Of a DNA stretch of 64,000 nucleotides, positions 38,680 to 47,707 are shown in pieces. The notes below the pieces were generated by a model. The model was not told where the DNA came from, searched no databases, and was given only the letters and a program-made list of their open reading frames with translations. The first letter of the stretch is position 1, and every line of letters begins with the position of its first letter. The position numbers and the translations under genes are program-made. Origin of the DNA: an uncultured Actinomycetes bacterium (GTDB taxonomy: Bacteria > Actinomycetota > Actinomycetes > S36-B12 > UBA10799); the NCBI GenBank assembly GCA_946803585.1, contig CAMPEQ010000008.1:141786-205785 (forward strand). The letters are read 5' to 3'.

Positions 38680-39794
38680 CCCTTTGACCTGCCCTCTCTG
38701 AACATCTCGCGAGATACGCTCCTGAACATGCCCCATTGACGACGCAGACGCGAGCCGGGCAATACCTCCGGGGGTACTGGCCCGCGCGGCTGCGAAATCC
38801 CGGCGATCAGCTCGCTACGCCTATCGCGGGAGAGCACCACGTGCGAACCCGCCTGATCGCGATCAATCGGATACGCCAACCACTCGTCCCACTCGAGTCC
38901 GCCACCAAGCTCTGCAACAAGTTTGGCGTTGGATTCACGATAGTGACTAGCGATCTTCGCTAACGTCCGACCATCTGGAACAAACTGCTGACTGTCCGAT
39001 GTCAACGCCATCACTCTAGCTACGGTCTTGGCTCGGATCCGCGTATTCACGCTAGTGTCCTGTTCCAATGCCACAATGACCGGATTGATCTCACGCAGGA
39101 ATGCAATCCCCTCGCTAGTAAGCGAAGCATTCACCCTGCGTCGTCTCGCCTTTACTGGTTCGGTCAAACGGATAGTGGTTGCGGCCTGAAACCGTTCGAG
39201 GAGCACGTTCGCGTCCGACTTAAAAGACTCGAGGTAAGGCAAAGCAATGATGTTCTGGGGCCCCACCGTGCTGGCCCAACGCGAGTACATCTCCCAATAG
39301 TCGAAGTGTCTCAACTGACGTTGGCAGTATGACCACGACCAGCGAGACGACCCGCCACGCTTGATCGACTGCGAATAGTAACTCGGGAGCAAGTTCTCCT
39401 GGCGCCGAAAAAAGACGATCACTACGATTCGGTCGAAGTACCTCCGAAGGAAGTCAACTGCGTCGGTCACTTCAGCTTCCGACGCTAGTCTGCTGCTGAA
39501 GTACTCGCTAGTCATCACCCAACGATCGTCAGGCTGGACCCGGTCCCGCAGCGCTCCCTCTAGCTCCGAAATGAACGCTGCCCGACGCTCGGCAGTGTCG
39601 ATTCCCGTTCGGAGGTGCTCCCTGGAAAGCCGACGCTGAAACGGGACGGCAAACTCCCAGTGGTTTCGCTTGCCGTTGAACTCTGGATACTTCCAACCTT
39701 GCTCCTGCAATACCTCCGCATTCACCCGCAGGTGCGATTGCAGCATCGTGCTTCCAGTCTTAACAGTTCCGATATGAAGCAGCAGCTCTGCCAC
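38676..39794 (-). CDS. Uncharacterised KTG(S)T P-loop protein, paralogue 3
   Basis: 372 aa. LLHIGTVKTGSTMLQ, WVMTSEYF, VIVFFRRQENLLPSYYSQSIK, NASLTSEGIAFL, LEWDEWL. GTG start with GAGG 6 nt upstream. Confidence 0.85.
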   Translation of the reverse strand: MAELLLHIGTVKTGSTMLQSHLRVNAEVLQEQGWKYPEFNGKRNHWEFAVPFQRRLSREHLRTGIDTAERRAAFISELEGALRDRVQPDDRWVMTSEYFSSRLASEAEVTDAVDFLRRYFDRIVVIVFFRRQENLLPSYYSQSIKRGGSSRWSWSYCQRQLRHFDYWEMYSRWASTVGPQNIIALPYLESFKSDANVLLERFQAATTIRLTEPVKARRRRVNASLTSEGIAFLREINPVIVALEQDTSVNTRIRAKTVARVMALTSDSQQFVPDGRTLAKIASHYRESNAKLVAELGGGLEWDEWLAYPIDRDQAGSHVVLSRDRRSELIAGISQPRGPVPPEVLPGSRLRRQWGMFRSVSREMFREGRSKG

Positions 39795-39839
39795 TAGCGA
39801 CCTCTCGATGACTCGAAGACGATGAGCGCAAAATCAAGG

Positions 39840-41021
39840 CTATTTGGCAGCCCCTGATGTGCCATTCATGAGCGCTCGCGCAATCACGATTCGCTGGATC
39901 TGGTTCGTCCCTTCGTAGATCTGAGTGATCTTCGCGTCCCGCATGAACCGCTCCACGGGGTAATCCTTGACGTAGCCGTAACCGCCGAAGATCTGCACGC
40001 AATCCGTTGTCACCTTCATCGCAACGTCGGAGGCGAAGCACTTGGCCGCAGCACCAAAATAGGTAGCTGAGGTTTCGCCGCGCTCGCTGACCGCTGCTGC
40101 GTGATAGACGAGCTGGCGGGCTGCCTCGATCTGCATTGCCATATCGGCCAACATGAACTGAACGCCCTGGAAGTCGGCGATCGGCTTGCCGAACTGCTCG
40201 CGTTCCTTGGCGTAGCCAATAGCTGCATCGAGTGCACCTTGGGCGAGTCCAACCGCTTGGGCTCCGATACAGACCCGTGTGACATCGAGTGCCTTCATCG
40301 CGGTGACCCAGCCAGTTCCCTCGTCCCCGACCATCCGGTCGGCCGGAATACGCACATTGTCGAGGAAGATCTGGCGAGTTGGTGAGCCCTTTATCCCCAG
40401 CTTGCGCTCGGGTGCTCCGAGACTGAATCCCGGATCGTCTGCGTGGATCACAAATGCCGAGATCCCTCGCGAACCTAGATCCGGATTCGTGCTGGCCATC
40501 ACGGTGTAGTACGTAGAAATCCCCGCATTGGTGATCCACATCTTCGAGCCGTTGAGGACCCAGTCATCGCCGTCCCTGACTGCCGTCGTCTTCATACTGG
40601 CAGCGTCGCTTCCGGCACCAGGCTCACTCAAGGCATACGAGAACATTGCCTTCCCGCTGGCGACCTCCGGCAGATACCGAGCCTTGACCTCCTCGCCTCC
40701 ACCTACCAGCAGTGGTGTGGTGCCGAGTTTGTTGACAGCCGGGATGAGCGAACTCGATCCACAGACGCGGGCAACCTCCTCAACCACGATGCACGCGGCC
40801 AAGTTGTCGCCGTCGGATCCGCCATATTGGTCGGGGATGCTGATTGCGTGGAAGCCGGATGCGGCGAGCGCCTCGTAGACATCCCATGGAAACTCGCCGG
40901 TGTCGTCGATTTCCGCTGCCCGAGGGGCGATCTTGTCCAGTGCTAGTTGACGGATCGCGCTACGAAGTTCGACGTGCTCTTCGGAAAGTTGGAACGCGTC
41001 AAAGTCAGGATTCTGTGCCAT
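39840..41021 (-). CDS. fadE25: Acyl-CoA dehydrogenase (FadE25-like)
   Basis: Start taken at the internal ATG at 41021 (MAQNPDFDAFQLSEEH...). Long colinear similarity to my memory of M. tuberculosis FadE25 (LIPAVNKLGT, YALSEPGAGSDAASM, ERKLGIKGSPT, FMLADMAM, RFMRDAKITQIYEGTNQIQR). Confidence 0.9.
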   Translation of the reverse strand: MAQNPDFDAFQLSEEHVELRSAIRQLALDKIAPRAAEIDDTGEFPWDVYEALAASGFHAISIPDQYGGSDGDNLAACIVVEEVARVCGSSSLIPAVNKLGTTPLLVGGGEEVKARYLPEVASGKAMFSYALSEPGAGSDAASMKTTAVRDGDDWVLNGSKMWITNAGISTYYTVMASTNPDLGSRGISAFVIHADDPGFSLGAPERKLGIKGSPTRQIFLDNVRIPADRMVGDEGTGWVTAMKALDVTRVCIGAQAVGLAQGALDAAIGYAKEREQFGKPIADFQGVQFMLADMAMQIEAARQLVYHAAAVSERGETSATYFGAAAKCFASDVAMKVTTDCVQIFGGYGYVKDYPVERFMRDAKITQIYEGTNQIQRIVIARALMNGTSGAAK

Positions 41022-41191
41022 CTGGATTTCTACCCTTTGGATCATCAAGCGGTGTGTGCGCGATGTCCTCAACTGACGATCGCGACGTCGGCCGCAGACA
41101 GTCTACGGGAGCGGCTGAATCCGCGCGCCTACCCGAGCGTTCGACACGGCACAACCGGAGACGACATACCGTCGTCGGCTACGCTCGTTCC

Positions 41192-42541
41192 ATGCCACAA
41201 ACGACCGTTGACCCATCGCACACTCGCCCGAAACTCGCTGTGATCGGGACGGGGTATCTCGGCGCCGTCCACGCAGCGTGCATGGCCGACTTCGGTTTCG
41301 AGGTCATGGGAATCGATATCAATCAAGCAGCCATCGAGAAGCTTGCATCCGGTGACGCGCCCTTCTTCGAGCCGTACCTAGAAGAAGTCCTTAGCAGGGC
41401 GCTAGCTAGCGGCAAACTGACGTTTAGCACCGACCTGCAGGCAGCTGCTGAGTTCGCGGATATCTTCTTCATTTGCGTCGGAACCCCACAGCAATCCGGT
41501 TCCAACGCCGCTGATGTTTCCTATGTCGACGATGCCGTCATGGGGCTTGTCGATGGGCTGTCACACGATGCGCTTATCGTCGGCAAGTCAACCGTCCCGG
41601 TCGGTACAGCTGCACGGTTAACTGACTATGTCGCGGCCAACGCGAAGAGTGGGGTCAGTATCGAGATCGCTTGGAATCCTGAGTTCCTGCGGGAAGGCCA
41701 CGCAGTTGCCGACACCCAGCACCCCGACCGGATTGTCGTGGGGTCAACAAGCGAGCGCGCTGATAAGGCGCTGCGCGAGGTATATGCCATACCACTGGCA
41801 GACGGGGTCCCCTACATCTCGACTGATCTAGCGACGGCCGAGCTCGTCAAGGTCGCTGCGAACTCATTCCTTGCAACCAAGATTTCGTTCATCAACGCGA
41901 TGGCTGAGGTCTGCGACAAGGTCGGCGCAGACGTGAGTATGTTGGCCGAAGCTCTGGGCCACGACAGCCGTATCGGTAAAGAGTTCCTCCGTGCTGGAAT
42001 CGGGTTCGGTGGGGGTTGCCTGCCAAAGGACTTGAGAGCATTCATGGCTCGAGCTGGAGAACTCGGCGTAGCCGACACCTTGTCCTTCTTGCGCGATATT
42101 GATGAGATCAACCTGCGGCAACGGGAACGGGCTGCCCAGGCCGCAAAGGCGATGTTCGATGGCGCCCTAATCGGCCGAAGAGTGGGAGTCCTAGGAGCAG
42201 CCTTCAAACCAAACAGTGACGATGTTCGCGATTCGCCAGCGCTGCACGTCGCCGCCAGTCTGCACCTACAGGGCGCCCACGTAAGGGTCTACGATCCGCA
42301 CGCAAACGCAAATGCCGCCGCGGTGTATCCAACTCTGGACTACCGAGAGAACTACTTGGAGGCCTGTGAGGGCGCGGAACTGGTCCTCCTTCTGACGGAG
42401 TGGGCCGAGTTCGCTGCGATCGACCCCGACGAGTTGGCTGCAGTTGTGTCGACTAAGCGAATCTTCGATGCCCGCAACGCCCTGGACCCGGCGAAATGGC
42501 GGGATGCCGGCTGGGAGTTCCGCGGCCTGGGTCGGCCGTAG
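41192..42541 (+). CDS. ugd: UDP-glucose 6-dehydrogenase
   Basis: The internal ATG at 41192 gives MPQTTVDPSHTRPKLAVIGTGYLGAVHAACMA (Rossmann GxGxxG). Later GFGGGCLPKD catalytic Cys motif. The 116-aa upstream extension in the track ORF is Arg-rich junk. Confidence 0.9.
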   Translation: MPQTTVDPSHTRPKLAVIGTGYLGAVHAACMADFGFEVMGIDINQAAIEKLASGDAPFFEPYLEEVLSRALASGKLTFSTDLQAAAEFADIFFICVGTPQQSGSNAADVSYVDDAVMGLVDGLSHDALIVGKSTVPVGTAARLTDYVAANAKSGVSIEIAWNPEFLREGHAVADTQHPDRIVVGSTSERADKALREVYAIPLADGVPYISTDLATAELVKVAANSFLATKISFINAMAEVCDKVGADVSMLAEALGHDSRIGKEFLRAGIGFGGGCLPKDLRAFMARAGELGVADTLSFLRDIDEINLRQRERAAQAAKAMFDGALIGRRVGVLGAAFKPNSDDVRDSPALHVAASLHLQGAHVRVYDPHANANAAAVYPTLDYRENYLEACEGAELVLLLTEWAEFAAIDPDELAAVVSTKRIFDARNALDPAKWRDAGWEFRGLGRP

Positions 42542-42588
42542 CGGGGCCAAACCGACACCCGCGAACTACCTCTCTCCTGGAGGGGCGG

Positions 42589-43371
42589 CTAGAAGTCCTC
42601 AAGCGTCGTTGCTGCGTCTGGGTTTACCCCGGTCTCGCCGTTGTAGGCAGCAATCACTTCTTCCGGCTCGCCCATGAGCTTAAGCTCACCCTTCTCTAGC
42701 CACATTGCGTCGGTGCACATCTCTCGGATTGTGCCTAGCGCGTGCGACACAACGAGCATCGTGTGAGCCTGACTCAACAGTTCATCCATCTTGGCCATCG
42801 CTTTGGCCTTAAAGTAGGCGTCTCCGGTCGAGAGCGCCTCATCCACAATCAAGATATCCGGCTCCATATGGACGGCGACGGCGAACGCGAGCCGACTCGA
42901 CATACCAGAGGAGTAAGTCTTGACCGGCATTTCCATAAAGTCCCCGAGTTCGCTCCACTCGGCGATCTCGTCAGTCTTGCGCTCCACTTCAGCTCGGGTA
43001 TAGCCGGCCGCCAATCCACCTAGGACGATGTTCTCGTAGCCAGTGAGCTTGTTATTGAAGCCGACTCCGAGCGCCAGCAGCGTGCTAACTCGCCCACGGA
43101 TCTCGATTCGTCCCTTGGTCGGTGGGAGAATTCCGGCAACGGCCCGAACGAGGGTCGATTTCCCCGCGCCGTTGCGGCCAATGATGCCCAGGACACGACT
43201 TCGCGGCAGCTCAAAACTGACGTTCTTGACTGCCTCTACCTCACGCACCATGCGCTTTCCGCGACCGGCCCGCCGGACGGCCTCCCGCATCGTCGGACGG
43301 CGCTCAAAGGTCGTGCGATAGGTGACAGACAAGTTCTCTACGCGAACCGCGGGCTCAGATCCGGACGGCAA
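42589..43371 (-). CDS. ABC transporter ATP-binding protein, polysaccharide/teichoic-acid export type (TagH/Wzt-like)
   Basis: 260 aa. Walker A GRNGAGKST, signature YSSGMSSRL, Walker B ILIVDEALS. Confidence 0.88.
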   Translation of the reverse strand: MPSGSEPAVRVENLSVTYRTTFERRPTMREAVRRAGRGKRMVREVEAVKNVSFELPRSRVLGIIGRNGAGKSTLVRAVAGILPPTKGRIEIRGRVSTLLALGVGFNNKLTGYENIVLGGLAAGYTRAEVERKTDEIAEWSELGDFMEMPVKTYSSGMSSRLAFAVAVHMEPDILIVDEALSTGDAYFKAKAMAKMDELLSQAHTMLVVSHALGTIREMCTDAMWLEKGELKLMGEPEEVIAAYNGETGVNPDAATTLEDF

Positions 43372-44236
43372 AGTCCCGCTCCCTCGTTAAGAAGACGTAT
43401 AGCCCTACCGCAAGCGAGGCAAGCGCCCAGATAGAAGAGACAATCCAGGCTTGCCCGGCAGGCCATGATCCATAGACAAACGCCGCACTAAACGACGCGA
43501 CGAGGTCGAAGACCGGATTCACGATCCGGATCCAATCAAACCGCTCTGGTAGCTGACTGACCGACCACAGGATCGGGCAAGCGTAGAACCAAAGTCGCAT
43601 GAAGTACGGCATGAACTGGCGCGTATCCCGGAAGTACACCTGTGCCGTCGCCAGCATCAGGGCCATTCCCGTTGAGAAAACCAACATGATCGCGACGAGT
43701 GGAATACACGCAATCCAGCTCCAGTGTGGACGCACCCCGGTAGCGAGTGCGAGCACAATCAAAACGCCAATGGCCGGAAGTAGCTCAGAGATTGATGTGC
43801 GTACAGCGGATAGCGGGAGGAGCAGCTTTGGGAATGAAGTATTCGTCACCATCTTCCCGGCGCTCTGGACGGACTTCGCGCCGTACTTGGTGCAGTTCTG
43901 CAATATCTCGAAGAAGAACAGACCGCCAACCAGGTAGATGAAGAAGTTCGGGATTGCTGCACCACGAGCCAAGATAAGGACCAACAGGTAGTAGACCACG
44001 CTCATAAACAGCGGATCTAGAATCGACCAGAGGCGCCCAACCCAGGTGTCTTGCTGATTCGCACGTGCAGTCGATGTTGCCATCTCGCGGAGGAATTCGC
44101 GGCGGCGCCACAGTTCTCGTACGTACGCCCCCATGTGCGGAGGTAGTCCGGCCTTGTACGGCTCGTAGACATGGAAGTTGCTGTTGAACTCATCGTCTCC
44201 GGCGGAGTCCTTAGTACCGACGGCGGTACCTGTCAC
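43355..44236 (-). CDS. ABC-2 type transporter permease (TagG/Wzm-like)
   Basis: 293 aa, about six TM segments. 17-nt overlap with the ATPase gene. GTG start with GGGAG upstream. Confidence 0.85.
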   Translation of the reverse strand: MTGTAVGTKDSAGDDEFNSNFHVYEPYKAGLPPHMGAYVRELWRRREFLREMATSTARANQQDTWVGRLWSILDPLFMSVVYYLLVLILARGAAIPNFFIYLVGGLFFFEILQNCTKYGAKSVQSAGKMVTNTSFPKLLLPLSAVRTSISELLPAIGVLIVLALATGVRPHWSWIACIPLVAIMLVFSTGMALMLATAQVYFRDTRQFMPYFMRLWFYACPILWSVSQLPERFDWIRIVNPVFDLVASFSAAFVYGSWPAGQAWIVSSIWALASLAVGLYVFLTRERDFAVRI

Positions 44237-44372
44237 GACTCACTCCCTCTCTACCGGTTTATCGCGCTTTCTTAACTGCGCTCCGACTGATTCGACCTAG
44301 CTCTCGCGCAAAGTACACCGCAATCGCCGTGACCGACATTGATAGTAGCCGCCCGCGCTGAGTGAACCTACC

Positions 44373-45476
44373 TCAAAGGCCGTACTTGGGTTGTGGTGAG
44401 TCGGGAGTCTCTGCGAGCTGTGGGAGTTTAGGCCCGGAGGTGAGGAATCCGACACCCCATGCCATGTGCATCGTCACCAAGGCAACCGGGACTCGCAGTC
44501 GAACCTCCGGGGACTCACGGCGAGCGACCACCACTCCACCAAGTGCCACGGCACCGAGGTACGCGACGGGGGCGAGCCACCCCAACCGAGCCAGCCGTGT
44601 GAGGGAGTTGCTGCGGCTCCTCTCTACCAACCCGCTCGCTAACCCTGCCCCGATTCCGACGCCAACAGCGATCACGGCCGCTGGGGGTGCGAGATATCGA
44701 AATTGGGCCGTGCCGCGGTGCTGGCGCATGATTTCTCTGCGCCACGTTCCGTATTGGAAATACTGGCGCGCGAGCGCCTTGACCGTGGGACGCGGGCGAT
44801 AAGAGACATGCATCGCCGGGTTGAACCACACCAAACCTCCGCTAGCTCGGATTCGATGGTTCATTTCCCAGTCCTGAGCGCGATCAAACCGCTCGTCATA
44901 GCCGTTGACCCTGCGAAGCGCTGACGCTCGGAATACGCCGAGATAGACGGTGTGAGCCTCGCCCTCTTGGCCTCCGATGTGGAATGCGGCACCACCGACA
45001 CCGATTGGCGAGGTCATGGCCACTGCAACCGCGGATTCGAACGGGGTCTCCCCTATCGCAGCCATCACGCCGCCAACGTTGTCGGCTCCAGTCCGCTCCA
45101 ACGTCTCTAGCGCCACCTTGATGTAGTCGGGCGGAAGCTCACAATGACCGTCCACCCGTACAACGACCTCCGCGTTCGCCTGAGCGAGGGCCGCGTTGAG
45201 CCCTGCGGGGGTTCGCCCTGTCGGGTTTGGCACCGTCTTGACCCGTGAATCCGAGGCACACAACTGCGCGGCGACTCGGTCAGTCTCGTCGGTAGAGGGC
45301 CCAAGCGCCAAAATCACTTCTAGTGACCCATCGAAGTCCTGCTTGAGAATCGCGCCAACTGCGGTCGAAAGGTAGTTCTCTTCGTTCAGTACCGGCATCA
45401 CCACCGAGACGGATACTCGAGGATCGTCGCCGGCGTCATCGGCCGCCATAGTCGACCCGACAGGTGGGTTGGTCAT
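44373..45476 (-). CDS. Glycosyltransferase family 2 with C-terminal TM segments (ExoA-like)
   Basis: 367 aa. VSVVMPVLNEENYL, VRVDGH and QDWEMNHR motifs, followed by hydrophobic C-terminal helices. Confidence 0.82.
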   Translation of the reverse strand: MTNPPVGSTMAADDAGDDPRVSVSVVMPVLNEENYLSTAVGAILKQDFDGSLEVILALGPSTDETDRVAAQLCASDSRVKTVPNPTGRTPAGLNAALAQANAEVVVRVDGHCELPPDYIKVALETLERTGADNVGGVMAAIGETPFESAVAVAMTSPIGVGGAAFHIGGQEGEAHTVYLGVFRASALRRVNGYDERFDRAQDWEMNHRIRASGGLVWFNPAMHVSYRPRPTVKALARQYFQYGTWRREIMRQHRGTAQFRYLAPPAAVIAVGVGIGAGLASGLVERSRSNSLTRLARLGWLAPVAYLGAVALGGVVVARRESPEVRLRVPVALVTMHMAWGVGFLTSGPKLPQLAETPDSPQPKYGL

Positions 45477-45737
45477 TGCACGAATCCTACTGCGCGAGGC
45501 GATTCTATCTAGGTCGGCGTGCCTGCCTCACCTGATCAGAACGTCGACCTAACATCTGCCAAGAGCGTGGCGATGCCCAAACTCGGCCGTGAGAGCGTTC
45601 CATCACGGAACGAGCGGGCGCAACCGTGCGTCGCAGTGTCAGGGTGCTCGAATCGTTGGCAATCCCGGACACTGAGTGACGATTCCAAGCCAAGGCAGCG
45701 CTAGTTAGCGGATCGACGACCAACCGAAGGGGCAAGC

Positions 45738-47141
45738 ATGGCCGCCACGACCGACGCACCAAAGCGCCCACGTCGGCGAACGATTGCCGTCGTTGTCGCG
45801 GCTGGAGTGCTTGCCGTCTCCGGTATCGGTTACGCGACTGCCTCAGAAGTGACCGGACAGGTCGAACGTGTCGATGTCTTTTCCGCGGTAAAGAATCGCC
45901 CGGACAACGATGGCGGCACGAATATCCTCCTCATAGGCTCTGATGACCGCACCGGGTTGACCAAAAAGGAACGCCGCGAACTCCACGTCGGTCAGGGCGA
46001 ATACGGTCGCAACACCGACTCGATGATGGTGGTTCATATCGCCGACGACGGATCAATCGGCGTCGTGAGTATCCCACGCGACTCATACGTCGAGATTCCG
46101 TCGCACACGGGCCCGACCGGAGTCACCAGCGACGCCTCGAAGCAGAAGATCAACGCCGCCTACAGCATCGGCGGACCAAGCCTGGCCGTTCAAACGGTCG
46201 AGCAAGCCACTGGTGTTCATATTGACCACTACGCCGAGATTAACTTCGCAGGATTTGTCTCAATGGTCGACGGCTTGGGCGGAGTTCCGATCTGCACCAA
46301 GACCCCCATAGTTGACGAGAAAGCTGGACTCGATCTTCCGGCCGGTGAGCAGACCCTCGACGGGGCACAAGCTCTCGGCTTTGTGCGGGCTCGTTACTTT
46401 GACCCGAGTGCCGACCTAGGCCGGATGAAGCGCCAACAGCAGTTCCTCGGGGCGATGTTCAACCAGGCCAGTAGCCCGAGCGTATTGATCAACCCGCCCC
46501 GCCTTCTCTCATTCCTCAATACCGCAGCCGGGTCCATCACCGTTGATGACAACTTCAGCAATGCCGAAATGTGGGGTTTGATGGGCAAACTACGCTCAGT
46601 AAGCCCCTCTGCAATCACTTTTCAAACCGTTCCGGTTGGGGCAGAGGTTAATGCTGGTGGAGTCGGGTCAGTAGTCGAATGGGATACGGCGAAGTCCGAA
46701 GAACTGTTTGCAAAGCTCAAGACCGGTGATCCGTTGACGGCCAGCAGTAAGAAGAAGGACACCACTGAGACAGTTGAGATCGCACCGGGCAACATCTCTG
46801 TGAGGGTCTACAACGGCTCGACGGTATCCGGCCTCGGCAGTAAGGCCGCCAAGGAGCTTGAGGAAGCGGGCTACTCCGTGACCGGAACAGTTCTGAATGC
46901 TCAGAAGAGCACCGGAACTGAGACCGTGATCGAGTACGACCCGCGGTACAGCACTTCGGTCAAAACCCTGGAAGCTGCGTTCCCCAACGCTACTTTCAAA
47001 GAGGTCGATAACTTCGGTCGGACCTTCCGGGTAACAGTCGGCAGCGACTACGACGGAGTCAAGCCGGTCACGGTTGCCGGTGTCTCGGGCGATGCTGATC
47101 CAGATAAGCCTCAGACCGCCGCAGACGATCTTTGCGCCTAA
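45738..47141 (+). CDS. LCP-family (LytR-CpsA-Psr) glycopolymer ligase, copy 2
   Basis: 467 aa. TM anchor, NILLIGSDDRTG, RNTDSMMVVHIADD and SIPRDSYV motifs, and a C-terminal LytR_C-like domain. Confidence 0.9.
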   Translation: MAATTDAPKRPRRRTIAVVVAAGVLAVSGIGYATASEVTGQVERVDVFSAVKNRPDNDGGTNILLIGSDDRTGLTKKERRELHVGQGEYGRNTDSMMVVHIADDGSIGVVSIPRDSYVEIPSHTGPTGVTSDASKQKINAAYSIGGPSLAVQTVEQATGVHIDHYAEINFAGFVSMVDGLGGVPICTKTPIVDEKAGLDLPAGEQTLDGAQALGFVRARYFDPSADLGRMKRQQQFLGAMFNQASSPSVLINPPRLLSFLNTAAGSITVDDNFSNAEMWGLMGKLRSVSPSAITFQTVPVGAEVNAGGVGSVVEWDTAKSEELFAKLKTGDPLTASSKKKDTTETVEIAPGNISVRVYNGSTVSGLGSKAAKELEEAGYSVTGTVLNAQKSTGTETVIEYDPRYSTSVKTLEAAFPNATFKEVDNFGRTFRVTVGSDYDGVKPVTVAGVSGDADPDKPQTAADDLCA

Positions 47142-47185
47142 CGGAGGCTTGACCCCGGGTGTCACCGCAGGAGGACTCCGGCGGA

Positions 47186-47707
47186 TTAGCTCCCGCTATC
47201 AAGACTCGCGCGTAGTTTGGCGCCTTTTGCGCGAGCCTGCTGAGCAAGTTCCTCTTGAAACGTGACCATCTTGGCGCGCAGGTCCGCATCCCCGGTGGCA
47301 AGAATGCGAACCGCAAGCAATCCAGCGTTGCGGGCATTGCCGATCGCAACCGTTGCGACAGGGACTCCGGCCGGCATTTGAGCGATTGACAGCAACGAAT
47401 CCATCCCGTCCAGGTAGGTGAGCGGGACTGGAACGCCAACCACCGGCAAGGGCGTCACGGCCGCAAGCATCCCAGGTAGATGCGCCGCGCCTCCGGCACC
47501 GGCGATGATTACGCGAATCCCGCGATCGGATGCCTTTTGACCGTACTCAAGCATTTCGGTCGGCATCCGATGTGCCGACACGACATCGACCTCGAACGGA
47601 ATGTCGAACTCCTCAAGGGCGGCGGTGGCAGCCTGCATAGTCGGCCAGTCGGAGTCAGAGCCCATAACGACACCGACGACCGGGGCGGGACTGTGATCAC
47701 TCATCAA
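47186..47707 (-). CDS. purE: 5-(carboxyamino)imidazole ribonucleotide mutase
   Basis: 173 aa. [20 protein letters not shown] and [10 protein letters not shown] motifs. Confidence 0.95.
   Translation of the reverse strand: MMSDHSPAPVVGVVMGSDSDWPTMQAATAALEEFDIPFEVDVVSAHRMPTEMLEYGQKASDRGIRVIIAGAGGAAHLPGMLAAVTPLPVVGVPVPLTYLDGMDSLLSIAQMPAGVPVATVAIGNARNAGLLAVRILATGDADLRAKMVTFQEELAQQARAKGAKLRASLDSGS

Noticed and set aside
39760-40539. 259-aa ORF in an alternative frame on the same strand inside fadE25.
   Set aside because: It is Arg/Gly/Ser-rich low-complexity translation, typical of shadow ORFs in GC-rich DNA. The fadE25 frame has strong family motifs.
40844-42541. 565-aa version of the UDP-glucose dehydrogenase ORF.
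   Set aside because: The 116-aa N-terminal extension is Arg-rich and overlaps fadE25 on the opposite strand. The Rossmann fold begins right after the ATG at 41192.
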